Shown: positions 27,424-41,303 of the stretch, piece after piece
Layout of the letters: each line of letters begins with the position of its first letter
Position numbering within the stretch: the first letter of the stretch is position 1
NCBI GenBank assembly: GCA_009914755.4
Contig: CP068257.2
Coordinates: 736,001-800,000, forward strand
From: the human T2T-CHM13v2.0 reference genome, Homo sapiens
Direction: 5' to 3'
Length of the DNA stretch: 64,000 nt
Position numbers and translations under genes: made by a program
The notes under the pieces: generated by a model
Database searches by the model: none
What the model was told of the DNA's origin: nothing
Seen by the model: the letters and a program-made list of their open reading frames with translations, nothing else

Positions 27424-29395
27424 TCTGCCTAAAGTAACTTTGTGACATAACCCTGTACTGATCATCCAGGTGATGGGGCTTTTGTCTAGGCTCTGCCTAA
27501 GGGGGCATTGTGACATATTTCTGCATTGATCACCCAGGTGGCGAACTCTTCTCTTGGATCTGCCTATGGGGGCATTGTGACAAATCTCTGCACTCATCAC
27601 CCAGGTGATGTAACTGTTGTGTAACCTCTGCCTACAGGGGAATTGGGAGAGATCTCGCCACTGATCACCCAAGTGATGTAACCATTGTCTAGGCTTTGCG
27701 TACAGGGGCTTTGTGACATACCTTTGCACTGATCACCCAGGTGATGTAACACATCTAAATTCGACCTAAAGGAGCTTTGTGACATATCTCTGCACTGATC
27801 ACTTAGGTGATGGAACACTTTTATAAGCACTGCCTACAGGGAATTTTGACAAATCTCTGCACTGATCACCTAGGTGATGTAACTCTTGTCTACCCTCTGT
27901 CCAACGGGGCATTGTGAAATATCTCTGCACTGATCACCCAGGTGATTCAACTCTTGACTAGTATCTGCCTACAGAGGTTATTGTGAAATATCTCTGCACT
28001 GATAAACTAGGTGGTGTAATCCTTATCGAAGCTCTGCCTACAGGGGCGTTTTCACATATCCCTGAAGTGATGACAAAGGTGATGTAACCCTTGCCTAGGC
28101 TTTGCCTACAGGGGATATAAGACATATATCTGCACTGATCACCCAGGTGATGCAACTCTAGCCTAGGCTTTGCCTACAGGGGACATTGTGACATATCGCT
28201 TCAATGATCACCCATGTGATGCAACAATTGCCTAGGCTTTGCCTACAGGGGACATTGTGACATAAATCTGCACTGATCTCCCAGGTGCTGTAACATTAGT
28301 CTAGACTCTGGCTACACGGCATTGTGACATGTCACTGCACTGATCAACCAGGTGATATAACTCTTGTCTAGGCCCTGCCTACAGGGGGCTTGTGACATAT
28401 CTCTGCACTGATCACCCAGGTGATATAACTCTTCTCTAGGATCTGCCTACAGGGTGCTTTGCGACATATCCCTGCAATGATCACCCAGGTGATCTAACTC
28501 TTGTTTAAGCTCTGCCTAAAGGGGCATTGTGACAGACCTCTGCACTGATCACTCAGGTGATGTAACTATTGTCTAGGCTCTGCTTAAAGGGGCCTTGTCA
28601 CATACCTCTGCACTGATCACCCAGGTGATGTAACTCTTGTCTAGACTCTGTTTCACGGCATATTGTGACATATCTATGCGCTGATCACCTTAGTGATGTA
28701 ACACTTGTGTAGGCTCGGCCTACAGGGGAATATTGACATATCTCTGCACTGTTAACCGAGGTGATTTAACTCTTGTCTAGGCTGTGCCCACAGGGGGATT
28801 GAGACATGTCTCTGCACTGATCCCGAGGTGATCCAACTGTTGCCTGGTCTCTGCCTACTGGGGACATTGTGACATATCTCTGCACTGATCTCCCAGGTGC
28901 TGTAACTTTAGTCTAGGCTCTGGCTACACGGCATTGTGACATATCACTGCACTGATCACCCAGGTGATATAAATCTTGTCTAGGCTCTACCTACAATGGC
29001 CTTGTGACATATCTCTGCACTGATCACCCAGGTGATATAACTCTTCTCTAGGATCTGACCACAGGGTGCTTTGTGGCATTTCCCTGCAATGATCACCCAG
29101 GTGATATACCACTTGCCAAGGCTCTGCCTACAGGGGCATTGCAATGTATCTCTGCACTGATCACCTCGGTCTTGTAACTCTTTTCTAGGATCTGCCCACA
29201 GGGTGCCTTGTGACGTATCCCAGCAAGGATTACCCAGGTGATGTACCTCTCATCAAGGCTCTGCCTACAGGCACATTGCGATGTATCTCTGCTCTGATCA
29301 CCTAAGTCATGTAACTTTTGTCTAGGCTCTGCCTACGATGGCATTGTGACAAATCTCTGCACTAATCATCCAAGTGATGTAACCCTTGTCTAGGA
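27424..29395. repeat. HOR copy U15, 29-mer (1972 bp), subtype K.
   Basis: Landmarks are at 27424 and 29396. It is near-identical to U10 at a 9933-bp offset. Confidence 0.8.
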
Positions 29396-31300
29396 TCTGC
29401 CTAAAGTAACTTTGTGACATAACCCTGTACTGATCATCCAGGTGATGCGGCTTTTGTCTAGGCTCTGCCTAAGGGGGCATTGTGACATATTTCTGCATTG
29501 ATCACCCAGGTGGCGAACTCTTCTCTTGGATCTGCCTATGGGGGCATTGTGACAAATCTCTGCACTGATCACCCAGGTGATGTAACTGTTGTGTAACCTC
29601 TGCCTACAGGGGAATTGTGTGAGATCTCGCCACTGATCACCCAAGTGATGTAACCATTGTCTAGGCTTTGCGTACAGGGGGCTTTGTGACATACCTTTGC
29701 ACTGATCACCCAGGTGATGTAACACATCTAAGTTCGGCCTAAAGGAGCTTTGTGACATATCTCTGCACTGATCACTTAGGTGATGGAACACTTTTATAAG
29801 CACTGCCTACAGGGAATTTTGACAAATCTCTGCACTGATCACCTAGGTGATGTAACGCTTGTCTACCCTCTGTCCAACGGGGCATTGTGAAATATCTCTG
29901 CACTGATCACCCAGGTGATTCAACTCTTGACTAGGATCTGCCTACAGAGGTTATTGTGAAATATCTCTGCACTGATAAACTAGGTGGTGTAATCCTTATC
30001 GAAGCTCTGCCTGCAGGGGCGTTTTCACATATCCCTGAATTGATGACAAAGGTGATGTAACCCTTGCCTAGGCTTTGCCTACAGGGGACATAGGACATAT
30101 ATCTGCACTGATCACCCAGGTGATGCAACTCTAGCCTAGGCTTTGCCTACAGGGGACATTGTGACATATCTCTGCACTGATCTCCCAGGTGCTGTAACAT
30201 TAGTCTAGACTCTGGCTACACGGCATTGTGACATATCACTGCACTGATCAACCAGGTGATATAACTCTTGTCTAGGCCCTGACTACAGGGGGCTTGTGAC
30301 ATATCTCTGCACTGATCACCCAGGTGATATAACTCTTCTCTAGGGTCTGCCTACAGGGTGCTTTGCGACGTATCCCTGCAATGATCACCCAGGTGATCTA
30401 ACTCTTGTTTAAGCTCTGCCTAAAGGGGCATTGTGACAGACCTCTGCACTGATCACTCAGGTGATGTAACTATTGTCTAGGCTCTGCTTAAAGGGGCCTT
30501 GTCACATACCTCTGCACTGATCACCCAGGTGATGTAACTCTTGTCTAGACTCTGCTTTCACGGCATATTGTGACATATCTATGCGCTGATCACCTTAGTG
30601 ATGTAACACTTGTGTAGGCTCGGCCTACAGGGGAATATTGACATATCTCTGCACTGTTAACCGAGGTGATTTAACTCTTGTCTAGGCTGTGCCCACAGGG
30701 GGTTTGAGACATGTCTCTGCACTGATCCCGAGGTGATCCAACTGTTGCCTGGTCTCTGCCTACTGGGGACATTGTGACATATCTCCGCACTGATCTCCCA
30801 GGTGCTGTAATTTTAGTCTAGGCTCTGGCTACACGGCATTGTGACATATCACTGCACTGATCACCCAGGTGATATAAATCTTGTCTAGGCTCTGCCTACA
30901 ATGACCTTGTGACATATCTCTGCACTGATCACCCAGGTGATATAACTCTTCTCTAGGATCTGACCACAGGGTGCTTTGTGGCATTTCCCTGCAATGATCA
31001 CCGAGGTGATATACCACTTGTCAGGGCTCTGCCTACAGGGGCATTGCAACGTATCTCTGCACTGATCACCACGGTCTTGTAACTCTTTTCTAGGATCTGC
31101 CCACAGGGTGCCTTGTGACGTATCCCAGCAAGGATTACCCAGGTGATGTACCTCTCATCAAGGCTCTGCCTACAGGCACATTGCGATGTATCTCTGCACT
31201 GATCACCTAGGTCATGTAACTTTTGTCTAGGCTCTGCCTACGATGGCATTGTGACATATCTCTGCACTAATCATCCAAGTGATGTAACCCTTGTCTAGGA
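29396..31300. repeat. HOR copy U16, 28-mer, deletion type B (1905 bp).
   Basis: Landmarks are at 29396 and 31301. The type B deletion shows at ~30125-30185. Confidence 0.8.
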
Positions 31301-33409
31301 TCTGCCTAAATTAACTTTGTGACGTAACCCTGTACTGATCATCCAGGTGATGGGGCTTTTGTCTAGGCTCTGCCTAAGGGGGCATTGTGACTTATTTCTG
31401 CATTGATCACCCAGGTGGCGAACTCTTCTCTTGGATCTGCCTATGGGGGCATTGTGACAAATCTCTGCACTGATCACCCAGGTGATGTAACTGTTGTGTA
31501 ACCTCTGCCTACAGGGGAATTGTGAGAGATCTCGCCACTGATCACCCAAGTGACGTAACCATTGTCTAGGCTTTGCGTACAGGGGGCTTTGTGACATACC
31601 TTTGCACTGATCACCCAGGTGATGTAACACATCTAAGTTCGGCCTAAAGGAGCTTTGTGACATATCTCTGCACTGATCACCTAGGTGATGGAACACTTTT
31701 ATAAGCACTGCCTACAGGGAATTTTGACAAATCTCTGCACTGATCACCTAGGTGATGTAACTCTTGTCTACCCTCTGTCCAACGGGGCATTGTGAAATAT
31801 CTCTGCACTGATCACCCAGGTGATTCAACTCTTGACTAGGATCTGCCTACAGAGGTTATTGTGAAATATCTCTGCACTGATAAACTAGGTGGTGTAATCC
31901 TTATCGAAGCTCTGCCTACAGGGGCGTTTTCACATATCCCTGAAGTGATGACAAAGGTGATGTAACTCTTGCCTAGGCTTTGCCTACAGGGGACATAGGA
32001 CATATATCTGCGCTGATCACCCAGGTGATGCAACTCTAGCCTAGGCTTTGCCTACAGGGGACATTGTGACATATCGCTTCAATGATCACCCATGTGATGC
32101 AACTCTTGCCTTGGCTTTGCCTACAGGGGACATTGTGACATATCTCTGCACTGATCTCCCATGTGCTGTAACATTAGTCTAGACTCTGGCTACACGGCAT
32201 TGTGACATATCACTGCACTAATCAACCAGGTGATATAACTCTTGTCTAGGCCCTGCCTACAGGGGGCTTGTGACATATCTCTGCACTGATCACCCAGGTG
32301 ATATAACTCTTCTCTAGGGTCTGCCTACAGGGTGCTTTGCGACATATCCCTGCAATGATCACCCAGGTGATCTAACTCTTGTTTAAGCTCTGCCTAAAGG
32401 GGCATTGTGACAGATCTCTGCACTGATCACTCAGGTGATGTAACTATTGTCTAGGCTCTGCTTAAAGGGGCCTTGTCACATACCTCTGCACTGATCACCC
32501 AGGTGATGTAACTCTTGTCTAGCCTCTGCTTTCACGGCATATTGTGACATATCTATGCGCTGATCACCTTAGTGATGTAACACTTGTGTAGGCTCGGCCT
32601 ACAGGGGAATATTGACATATCTCTGCACTGTTAACCGAGGTGATTTAACTCTTGTCTAGGCTGTGCCCACAGGGGGATTGAGACATGTCTCTGCCATGAT
32701 CCCGAGGTGATCCAACTGTTGCCTGGTCTCTGCCTACTGGGGACATTGTGACATATCTCTGCACTGATCTCCCAGGTGCTGTAATTTTAGTCTAGGCTCT
32801 GGCTACACGGCATTGTGACATATCACTGCACTGATCACCCAGGTTATATAAATCTTGTCTAGGCTCTGCCTACAATGGCCTTGTGACATATCTCTGCACT
32901 GATCTCCCAGGTGCTGTAACTTTAGTCTAGGCTCTGGCTACACGGCATTGTGACATACCACTGCACTGATCACCCAGGTGATATAAATCTTGTCTAGGCT
33001 CTGCCTACAATGGCCTTGTGACATATCTCTGCACTGATCACCCAGGTGATATAACTCTTCTCTAGGATCTGACCACAGGGTGCTTTGTGGCATTTCCCTG
33101 CAATGATCACCCAGGTGATATACCACTTGCCAAGGCTCTGCCTACAGGGGCATTGCAATGTATCTCTGCACTGATCACCTCGGTCTTGTAACTCTTTTCT
33201 AGGATCTGCCCACAGGGTGCCTTGTGACGTATCCCAGCAAGGATTACCCAGGTGATGTACCTCTCATCAAGGCTCTGCCTACAGGCACATTGCGATGTAT
33301 CTCTGCACTGATCACCTAGGTCATGTAACTTTTGTCTGGGCTCTGCCTACGATGGCATTGTGACATATCTCTGCACTAATCATCCAAGTGATGTAACCCT
33401 TGTCTAGGA
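31301..33409. repeat. HOR copy U17, 31-mer (2109 bp), subtype R with a 2-monomer insertion.
   Basis: Landmarks are at 31301 and 33410. It carries the same insertion as U12, at ~32763-33038. Confidence 0.8.
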
Positions 33410-35383
33410 TCTGCCTAAATTAACTTTGTGACATAACCCTGTACTGATCATCCAGGTGATGGGGCTTTTGTCTAGGCTCTGCCTAAGGGGGCATTGTGAC
33501 ATATTTCTGCATTGATCACGCAGGTGGCGAACTCTTCTCTTGGATCTGCCTATGGGGGCATTGTGATAAATCTCTGCACTCATCACCCAGGTGATGTAAC
33601 TGTTGTGTAACCTCTGCCTACAGGGGAATTGTGAGAGATCTCGCCACTGATCACGCAAGTGATGTAACCATTGTCTAGGCTTTGCGTACAGGGGGCTTTG
33701 TGACATACCTTTGCACTGATCACCCAGGTGATGTAACACATCTAAGTTCGGCCTAAAGGAGCTTTGTGACATATCTCTGCACTGATCACTTAGGTGATGG
33801 AACACTTTTATAAGCACTGCCTACAGGGAATTTTGACAAATCTCTGCACTGATCACCTAGGTGATGTAACGCTTGTCTACCCTCTGTCCAACGGGGCATT
33901 GTGAAATATCTCTGCACTGATCACCCAGGTGATTCAACTCTTGACTAGGATCTGCCTACAGAGGTTATTGTGAAATATCTCTGCACTGATAAACTAGGTG
34001 GTGTAATACTTATCGAAGCTCTGCCTACAGGTGCGTTTTCACATATCCCTGAAGTGATGACAAAGGTGATGTAACCCTTGCCTAGGCTTTGCCTACAGGG
34101 GACATAGGACATATATCTGCACTGATCACCCAGGTGATGCAACTCTATCCTAGGCTTTGCCTACAGGGGACATTGTGACATATCGCTTCAATGATCACCC
34201 ATGTGATGCAACACTTGCCTAGGCTTTGCCTACAGGGGACATTGTGACATATCTCTGCACTGATCTCCCAGGTGCTGCAACATTAATCTAGAGTCTGGCT
34301 ACACGGCATTGTGACATATCACTGCACTGATCAACCAGGTGATATAACTCTTGTCTAGGTCCTGCCTACAGAGGGCTTGTGACATATCTCTGCACTGATC
34401 ACCCAGGTGATATAACTCTTCTCTAGGATCTGCCTACAGGGTGCTTTGCGACATATCCCTGCAATGATAACCCAGGTGATCTAACTCTTGTTTAAGCTCT
34501 GCCTAAAGGGGCATTGTGACAGACCTGTGCACTGATCACTAAGGTGATGTAACTATTGTCTAGGCTCTGCTTAAAGGGGCCTTGTCACATACCTCTGCAC
34601 TGATAACCCAGGTGATGTAACTCTTGTCTAGCCTCTGCTTTCACGGCATATTGTAACATATCCATTCGCAGATCACCTTAGTGATGTAACAGTTGTGTAG
34701 GCTCGGCCTACAGGGGAATATTGACATATCTCTGCACTGTTAACCGAGGTGATTTAACTCTTGTCTAGGCTGTGCCCACAGGGGGATTGAGACATGTCTC
34801 TGCACTGATCCCGAGGTGATCCAACTGTTGCCTGGTCTCTGCCTACTGGGGACATTGTGACATATCTCTGCACTGATCTCCCAGGTGCTGTAACTTTAGT
34901 CTAGGCTCTGGCTACACGGCATTGTGACATATCACTGCACTGATCACCCAGGTGATATAAATCTTGTCTAGGCTCTGCCTACAATGGCCTTGTGACATAT
35001 CTCTGCACTGATCACCCAGGTGATATAACTCTTCTCTAGGATCTGACCACAGGGTGCTTTGTGGCATTTCCCTGCAATGATCACCCAGGTGATATACCAC
35101 TTGCCAAGGCTCTGCCTACAGGGGCATTGCAATGTATCTCTGCACTGATCACCTCGGTCTTGTAACTCTTTTCTAGGACCTGCCCACCGGGTGCCTTGTG
35201 ACGTATCCCAGCAAGGATTACCCAGGTGATGTACCTCTCATCAAGGCTCTGCCTACAGGCACATTGCGATGTATCTCTGCACTGATCACCTAGGTCATGT
35301 AACTTTTGTCTAGGCTCTGCCTACGATGGCATTGTGACATATCTCTGCACTAATCATCCAAGTGATGTAACCGTTGTCTAGGA
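33410..35383. repeat. HOR copy U18, 29-mer (1974 bp), subtype Y.
   Basis: Landmarks are at 33410 and 35384. Confidence 0.8.
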
Positions 35384-37356
35384 TCTGCCTAAATTAACTT
35401 TGTGACATAACCCTGTACTGATCATCCAGGTGATGGGGCTTTTGTCTAGGCTCTGCCTAAGGGGGCATTGTGACATATTTCTGCATTGATCACCCAGGTG
35501 GCGAACTCTTCTCTTGGATCTGCCTATGGGGGCATTGTGACAAATCTCTGCACTGATCACCCAGGTGATATAACTGTTGTGTAACCTCTGCCTACAGGGG
35601 AATTGTGAGAGATCTCGCCACTGATCACCCAAGTGATGTAACCATTGTCTAGGCTTTGCGTACAGGGGGCTTTGTGACATACCTTTGCACTGATCACCCA
35701 GGTGATGTAACACATCTAAGTTCGGCCTAAAGGAGCTTTGTGACATATCTCTGCACTGATCACTTAGGTGATGGAACACTTTTATAAGCACTGCCTACAG
35801 GGAATTTTGACAAATCTCTGCACTGATCACCTAGGTGATGTAATGCTTGTCTACCCTCTGTCCAACGGGGCATTGTGAAATATCTCTGCACTGATCACCC
35901 AGGTGATTCAACTCTTGACTAGGATCTGCCTACAGAGGTTATTGTGAAATATCTCTGCACTGATAAACTAGGTGGTGTAATCCTTATCGAAGCTCTGCCT
36001 ACAGGTGCGTTTTCACATATCCCTGAAGTGATGACAAAGGTGATGTAACCCTTGCCTAGGCTTTGCCTACAGGGGACATAGGACATATATCTGCACTGAT
36101 CACCCAGGTGATGCAACTGTAGCCTAGGCTTTGCCTACAGGGGACATTGTGACATATCGCTTCAATGATCACCCGTGTGATGCAACTCTTGCCTAGGCTT
36201 TGCCTACAGGGGACATTGTGACATATCTCTGCACTGATCTCCCAGGTGCTGTAACATTAGTCCAGACTCTGGCTACACGGCATTGTGACATATCACTGCA
36301 CTGATCAACCAGGTGATATAACTCTTGTCTAGGCCCTGCCTACAGGGGGCTTGTGACATATCTCTGCACTGATCACCCAGGTGATATAACTCTTCTCTAG
36401 GATCTGCCTACAGGGTGCTTTGCGACATATCCCTGCAATGATCACCCAGGTGATCTAACTCTTGTTTAAGCTCTGCCTAAAGGGGCATTGTGACAGACCT
36501 CTGCACTGATCACTCAGGTGATGTAACTATTGTCTAGGCTCTGCTTAAAGGGGCCTTGTCACATACCTCTGCACTGATCACCCAGGTGATGTAACTCTTG
36601 TCTAGACTCTGTTTCACGGCATATTGTGACATATCTATGCGCTGATCACCTTAGTGATGTAACACTTGTGTAGGCTCGGCCTACAGGGGAATATTGACAT
36701 ATCTCTGCACTGTTAACCGAGGTGATTTAACTCTTGTCTAGGCTGTGCCCACAGGGTGATTGAGACATGTCTCTGCACTGATCCCGAGGTGATCCAACTG
36801 TTGCCTGGTCTCTGCCTACTGGGGACATTGTGACATATCTCTGCACTGATCTCCCAGGTGCTGTAACTTTAGTCTAGGCTCTGGCTACACGGCATTGTGA
36901 CATATCACTGCACTGATCACCCAGGTGATATAAATCTTGTCTAGGCTCTGCCTACAATGGCCTTGTGACATATCTCTGCACTGATCACCCAGGTGATATA
37001 ACTCTTCTCTAGGATCTGACCACAGGGTGCTTTGTGGCATTTCCCTGCAATGATCACCCAGGTGATATACCACTTGCCAAGGCTCTGCCTACAGGGGCAT
37101 TGCAATGTATCTCTGCACTGATCACCTCGGTCTTGTAACTCTTTTCTAGGATCTGCCCACAGGGTGCCTTGTGACGTATCCCAGCAAGGATTACCCAGGT
37201 GATGTACCTCTCATCAAGGCTCTGCCTACAGGCACATTGCGATGTATCTCTGCTCTGATCACCTAAGTCATGTAACTTTTGTCTAGGCTCTGCCTACGAT
37301 GGCATTGTGACAAATCTCTGCACTAATCATCCAAGTGATGTAACCCTTGTCTAGGA
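35384..37356. repeat. HOR copy U19, 29-mer (1973 bp), subtype S.
   Basis: Landmarks are at 35384 and 37357. Confidence 0.8.
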
Positions 37357-39330
37357 TCTGCCTAAAGTAACTTTGTGACATAACCCTGTACTGATCATCC
37401 AGGTGATGGGGCTTTTGTCTAGGCTCTGCCTAAGGGGGCATTGTGACATATTTCTGCATTGATCACGCAGGTGGCGAACTCTTCTCTTGGATCTGCCTAT
37501 GGGGGCATTGTGATAAATCTCTGCACTCATCACCCAGGTGATGTAACTGTTGTGTAACCTCTGCCTACAGGGGAATTGTGAGAGATCTCGCCACTGATCA
37601 CGCAAGTGATGTAACCATTGTCTAGGCTTTGCGTACAGGGGGCTTTGTGACATACCTTTGCACTGATCACCCAGGTGATGTAACACATCTAAGTTCGGCC
37701 TAAAGGAGCTTTGTGACATATCTCTGCACTGATCACTTAGGTGATGGAACACTTTTATAAGCACTGCCTACAGGGAATTTTGACAAATCTCTGCACTGAT
37801 CACCTAGGTGATGTAACGCTTGTCTACCCTCTGTCCAACGGGGCATTGTGAAATATCTCTGCACTGATCACCCAGGTGATTCAACTCTTGACTAGGATCT
37901 GCCTACAGAGGTTATTGTGAAATATCTCTGCACTGATAAACTAGGTGGTGTAATACTTATCGAAGCTCTGCCTACAGGTGCGTTTTCACATATCCCTGAA
38001 GTGATGACAAAGGTGATGTAACCCTTGCCTAGGCTTTGCCTACAGGGGACATAGGACATATATCTGCACTGATCACCCAGGTGATGCAACTCTAGCCTAG
38101 GCTTTGCCTACAGGGGACATTGTGACATATCGCTTCAATGATCACCCATGTGATGCAACACTTGCCTAGGCTTTGCCTACAGGGGACATTGTGACATATC
38201 TCTGCACTGATCTCCCAGGTGCTGCAACATTAATCTAGAGTCTGGCTACACGGCATTGTGACATATCACTGCACTGATCAACCAGGTGATATAACTCTTG
38301 TCTAGGTCCTGCCTACAGAGGGCTTGTGACATATCTCTGCACTGATCACCCAGGTGATATAACTCTTCTCTAGGATCTGCCTACAGGGTGCTTTGCGACA
38401 TATCCCTGCAATGATAACCCAGGTGATCTAACTCTTGTTTAAGCTCTGCCTAAAGGGGCATTGTGACAGACCTGTGCACTGATCACTAAGGTGATGTAAC
38501 TATTGTCTAGGCTCTGCTTAAAGGGGCCTTGTCACATACCTCTGCACTGATAACCCAGGTGATGTAACTCTTGTCTAGCCTCTGCTTTCACGGCATATTG
38601 TAACATATCCATTCGCAGATCACCTTAGTGATGTAACAGTTGTGTAGGCTCGGCCTACAGGGGAATATTGACATATCTCTGCACTGTTAACCGAGGTGAT
38701 TTAACTCTTGTCTAGGCTGTGCCCACAGGGGGATTGAGACATGTCTCTGCACTGATCCCGAGGTGATCCAACTGTTGCCTGGTCTCTGCCTACTGGGGAC
38801 ATTGTGACATATCTCTGCACTGATCTCCCAGGTGCTGTAACTTTAGTCTAGGCTCTGGCTACACGGCATTGTGACATATCACTGCACTGATCACCCAGGT
38901 GATATAAATCTTGTCTAGGCTCTGCCTACAATGGCCTTGTGACATATCTCTGCACTGATCACCCAGGTGATATAACTCTTCTCTAGGATCTGACCACAGG
39001 GTGCTTTGTGGCATTTCCCTGCAATGATCACCCAGGTGATATACCACTTGCCAAGGCTCTGCCTACAGGGGCATTGCAATGTATCTCTGCACTGATCACC
39101 TCGGTCTTGTAACTCTTTTCTAGGACCTGCCCACCGGGTGCCTTGTGACGTATCCCAGCAAGGATTACCCAGGTGATGTACCTCTCATCAAGGCTCTGCC
39201 TACAGGCACATTGCGATGTATCTCTGCACTGATCACCTAGGTCATGTAACTTTTGTCTAGGCTCTGCCTACGATGGCATTGTGACATATCTCTGCACTAA
39301 TCATCCAAGTGATGTAACCGTTGTCTAGGA
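37357..39330. repeat. HOR copy U20, 29-mer (1974 bp), subtype Y.
   Basis: Landmarks are at 37357 and 39331. Confidence 0.8.
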
Positions 39331-41303
39331 TCTGCCTAAATTAACTTTGTGACATAACCCTGTACTGATCATCCAGGTGATGGGGCTTTTGTCTAGGCTC
39401 TGCCTAAGGGGGCATTGTGACATATTTCTGCATTGATCACCCAGGTGGCGAACTCTTCTCTTGGATCTGCCTATGGGGGCATTGTGACAAATCTCTGCAC
39501 TGATCACCCAGGTGATATAACTGTTGTGTAACCTCTGCCTACAGGGGAATTGTGAGAGATCTCGCCACTGATCACCCAAGTGATGTAACCATTGTCTAGG
39601 CTTTGCGTACAGGGGGCTTTGTGACATACCTTTGCACTGATCACCCAGGTGATGTAACACATCTAAGTTCGGCCTAAAGGAGCTTTGTGACATATCTCTG
39701 CACTGATCACTTAGGTGATGGAACACTTTTATAAGCACTGCCTACAGGGAATTTTGACAAATCTCTGCACTGATCACCTAGGTGATGTAATGCTTGTCTA
39801 CCCTCTGTCCAACGGGGCATTGTGAAATATCTCTGCACTGATCACCCAGGTGATTCAACTCTTGACTAGGATCTGCCTACAGAGGTTATTGTGAAATATC
39901 TCTGCACTGATAAACTAGGTGGTGTAATCCTTATCGAAGCTCTGCCTACAGGTGCGTTTTCACATATCCCTGAAGTGATGACAAAGGTGATGTAACCCTT
40001 GCCTAGGCTTTGCCTACAGGGGACATAGGACATATATCTGCACTGATCACCCAGGTGATGCAACTGTAGCCTAGGCTTTGCCTACAGGGGACATTGTGAC
40101 ATATCGCTTCAATGATCACCCGTGTGATGCAACTCTTGCCTAGGCTTTGCCTACAGGGGACATTGTGACATATCTCTGCACTGATCTCCCAGGTGCTGTA
40201 ACATTAGTCTAGACTCTGGCTACACGGCATTGTGACATATCACTGCACTGATCAACCAGGTGATATAACTCTTGTCTAGGCCCTGCCTACAGGGGGCTTG
40301 TGACATATCTCTGCACTGATCACCCAGGTGATATAACTCTTCTCTAGGATCTGCCTACAGGGTGCTTTGCGACATATCCCTGCAATGATCACCCAGGTGA
40401 TCTAACTCTTGTTTAAGCTCTGCCTAAAGGGGCATTGTGACAGACCTCTGCACTGATCACTCAGGTGATGTAACTATTGTCTAGGCTCTGCTTAAAGGGG
40501 CCTTGTCACATACCTCTGCACTGATCACCCAGGTGATGTAACTCTTGTCTAGACTCTGTTTCACGGCATATTGTGACATATCTATGCGCTGATCACCTTA
40601 GTGATGTAACACTTGTGTAGGCTCGGCCTACAGGGGAATATTGACATATCTCTGCACTGTTAACCGAGGTGATTTAACTCTTGTCTAGGCTGTGCCCACA
40701 GGGTGATTGAGACATGTCTCTGCACTGATCCCGAGGTGATCCAACTGTTGCCTGGTCTCTGCCTACTGGGGACATTGTGACATATCTCTGCACTGATCTC
40801 CCAGGTGCTGTAACTTTAGTCTAGGCTCTGGCTACACGGCATTGTGACATATCACTGCACTGATCACCCAGGTGATATAAATCTTGTCTAGGCTCTGCCT
40901 ACAATGGCCTTGTGACATATCTCTGCACTGATCACCCAGGTGATATAACTCTTCTCTAGGATCTGACCACAGGGTGCTTTGTGGCATTTCCCTGCAATGA
41001 TCACCCAGGTGATATACCACTTGCCAAGGCTCTGCCTACAGGGGCATTGCAATGTATCTCTGCACTGATCACCTCGGTCTTGTAACTCTTTTCTAGGATC
41101 TGCCCACAGGGTGCCTTGTGACGTATCCCAGCAAGGATTACCCAGGTGATGTACCTCTCATCAAGGCTCTGCCTACAGGCACATTGCGATGTATCTCTGC
41201 TCTGATCACCTAAGTCATGTAACTTTTGTCTAGGCTCTGCCTACGATGGCATTGTGACAAATCTCTGCACTAATCATCCAAGTGATGTAACCCTTGTCTA
41301 GGA
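39331..41303. repeat. HOR copy U21, 29-mer (1973 bp), subtype S.
   Basis: Landmarks are at 39331 and 41304. Confidence 0.8.

Larger units (their letters stand above)
27530..37330. repeat. Super-repeat copy 2, a near-identical duplicate of 17600-27400.
   Basis: Same markers as copy 1. The two copies differ only at their edges, near 17520-17560 versus 27450-27490. Confidence 0.85.
37357..41303. repeat. Two-HOR block (Y, S) duplicated from 33410-37356 at a +3947-bp offset.
   Basis: Y and S subtype markers at 33404, 33945, 34912, 35378, 35919 and 36885 recur at 37351, 37892, 38859, 39325, 39866 and 40832. Confidence 0.75.
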
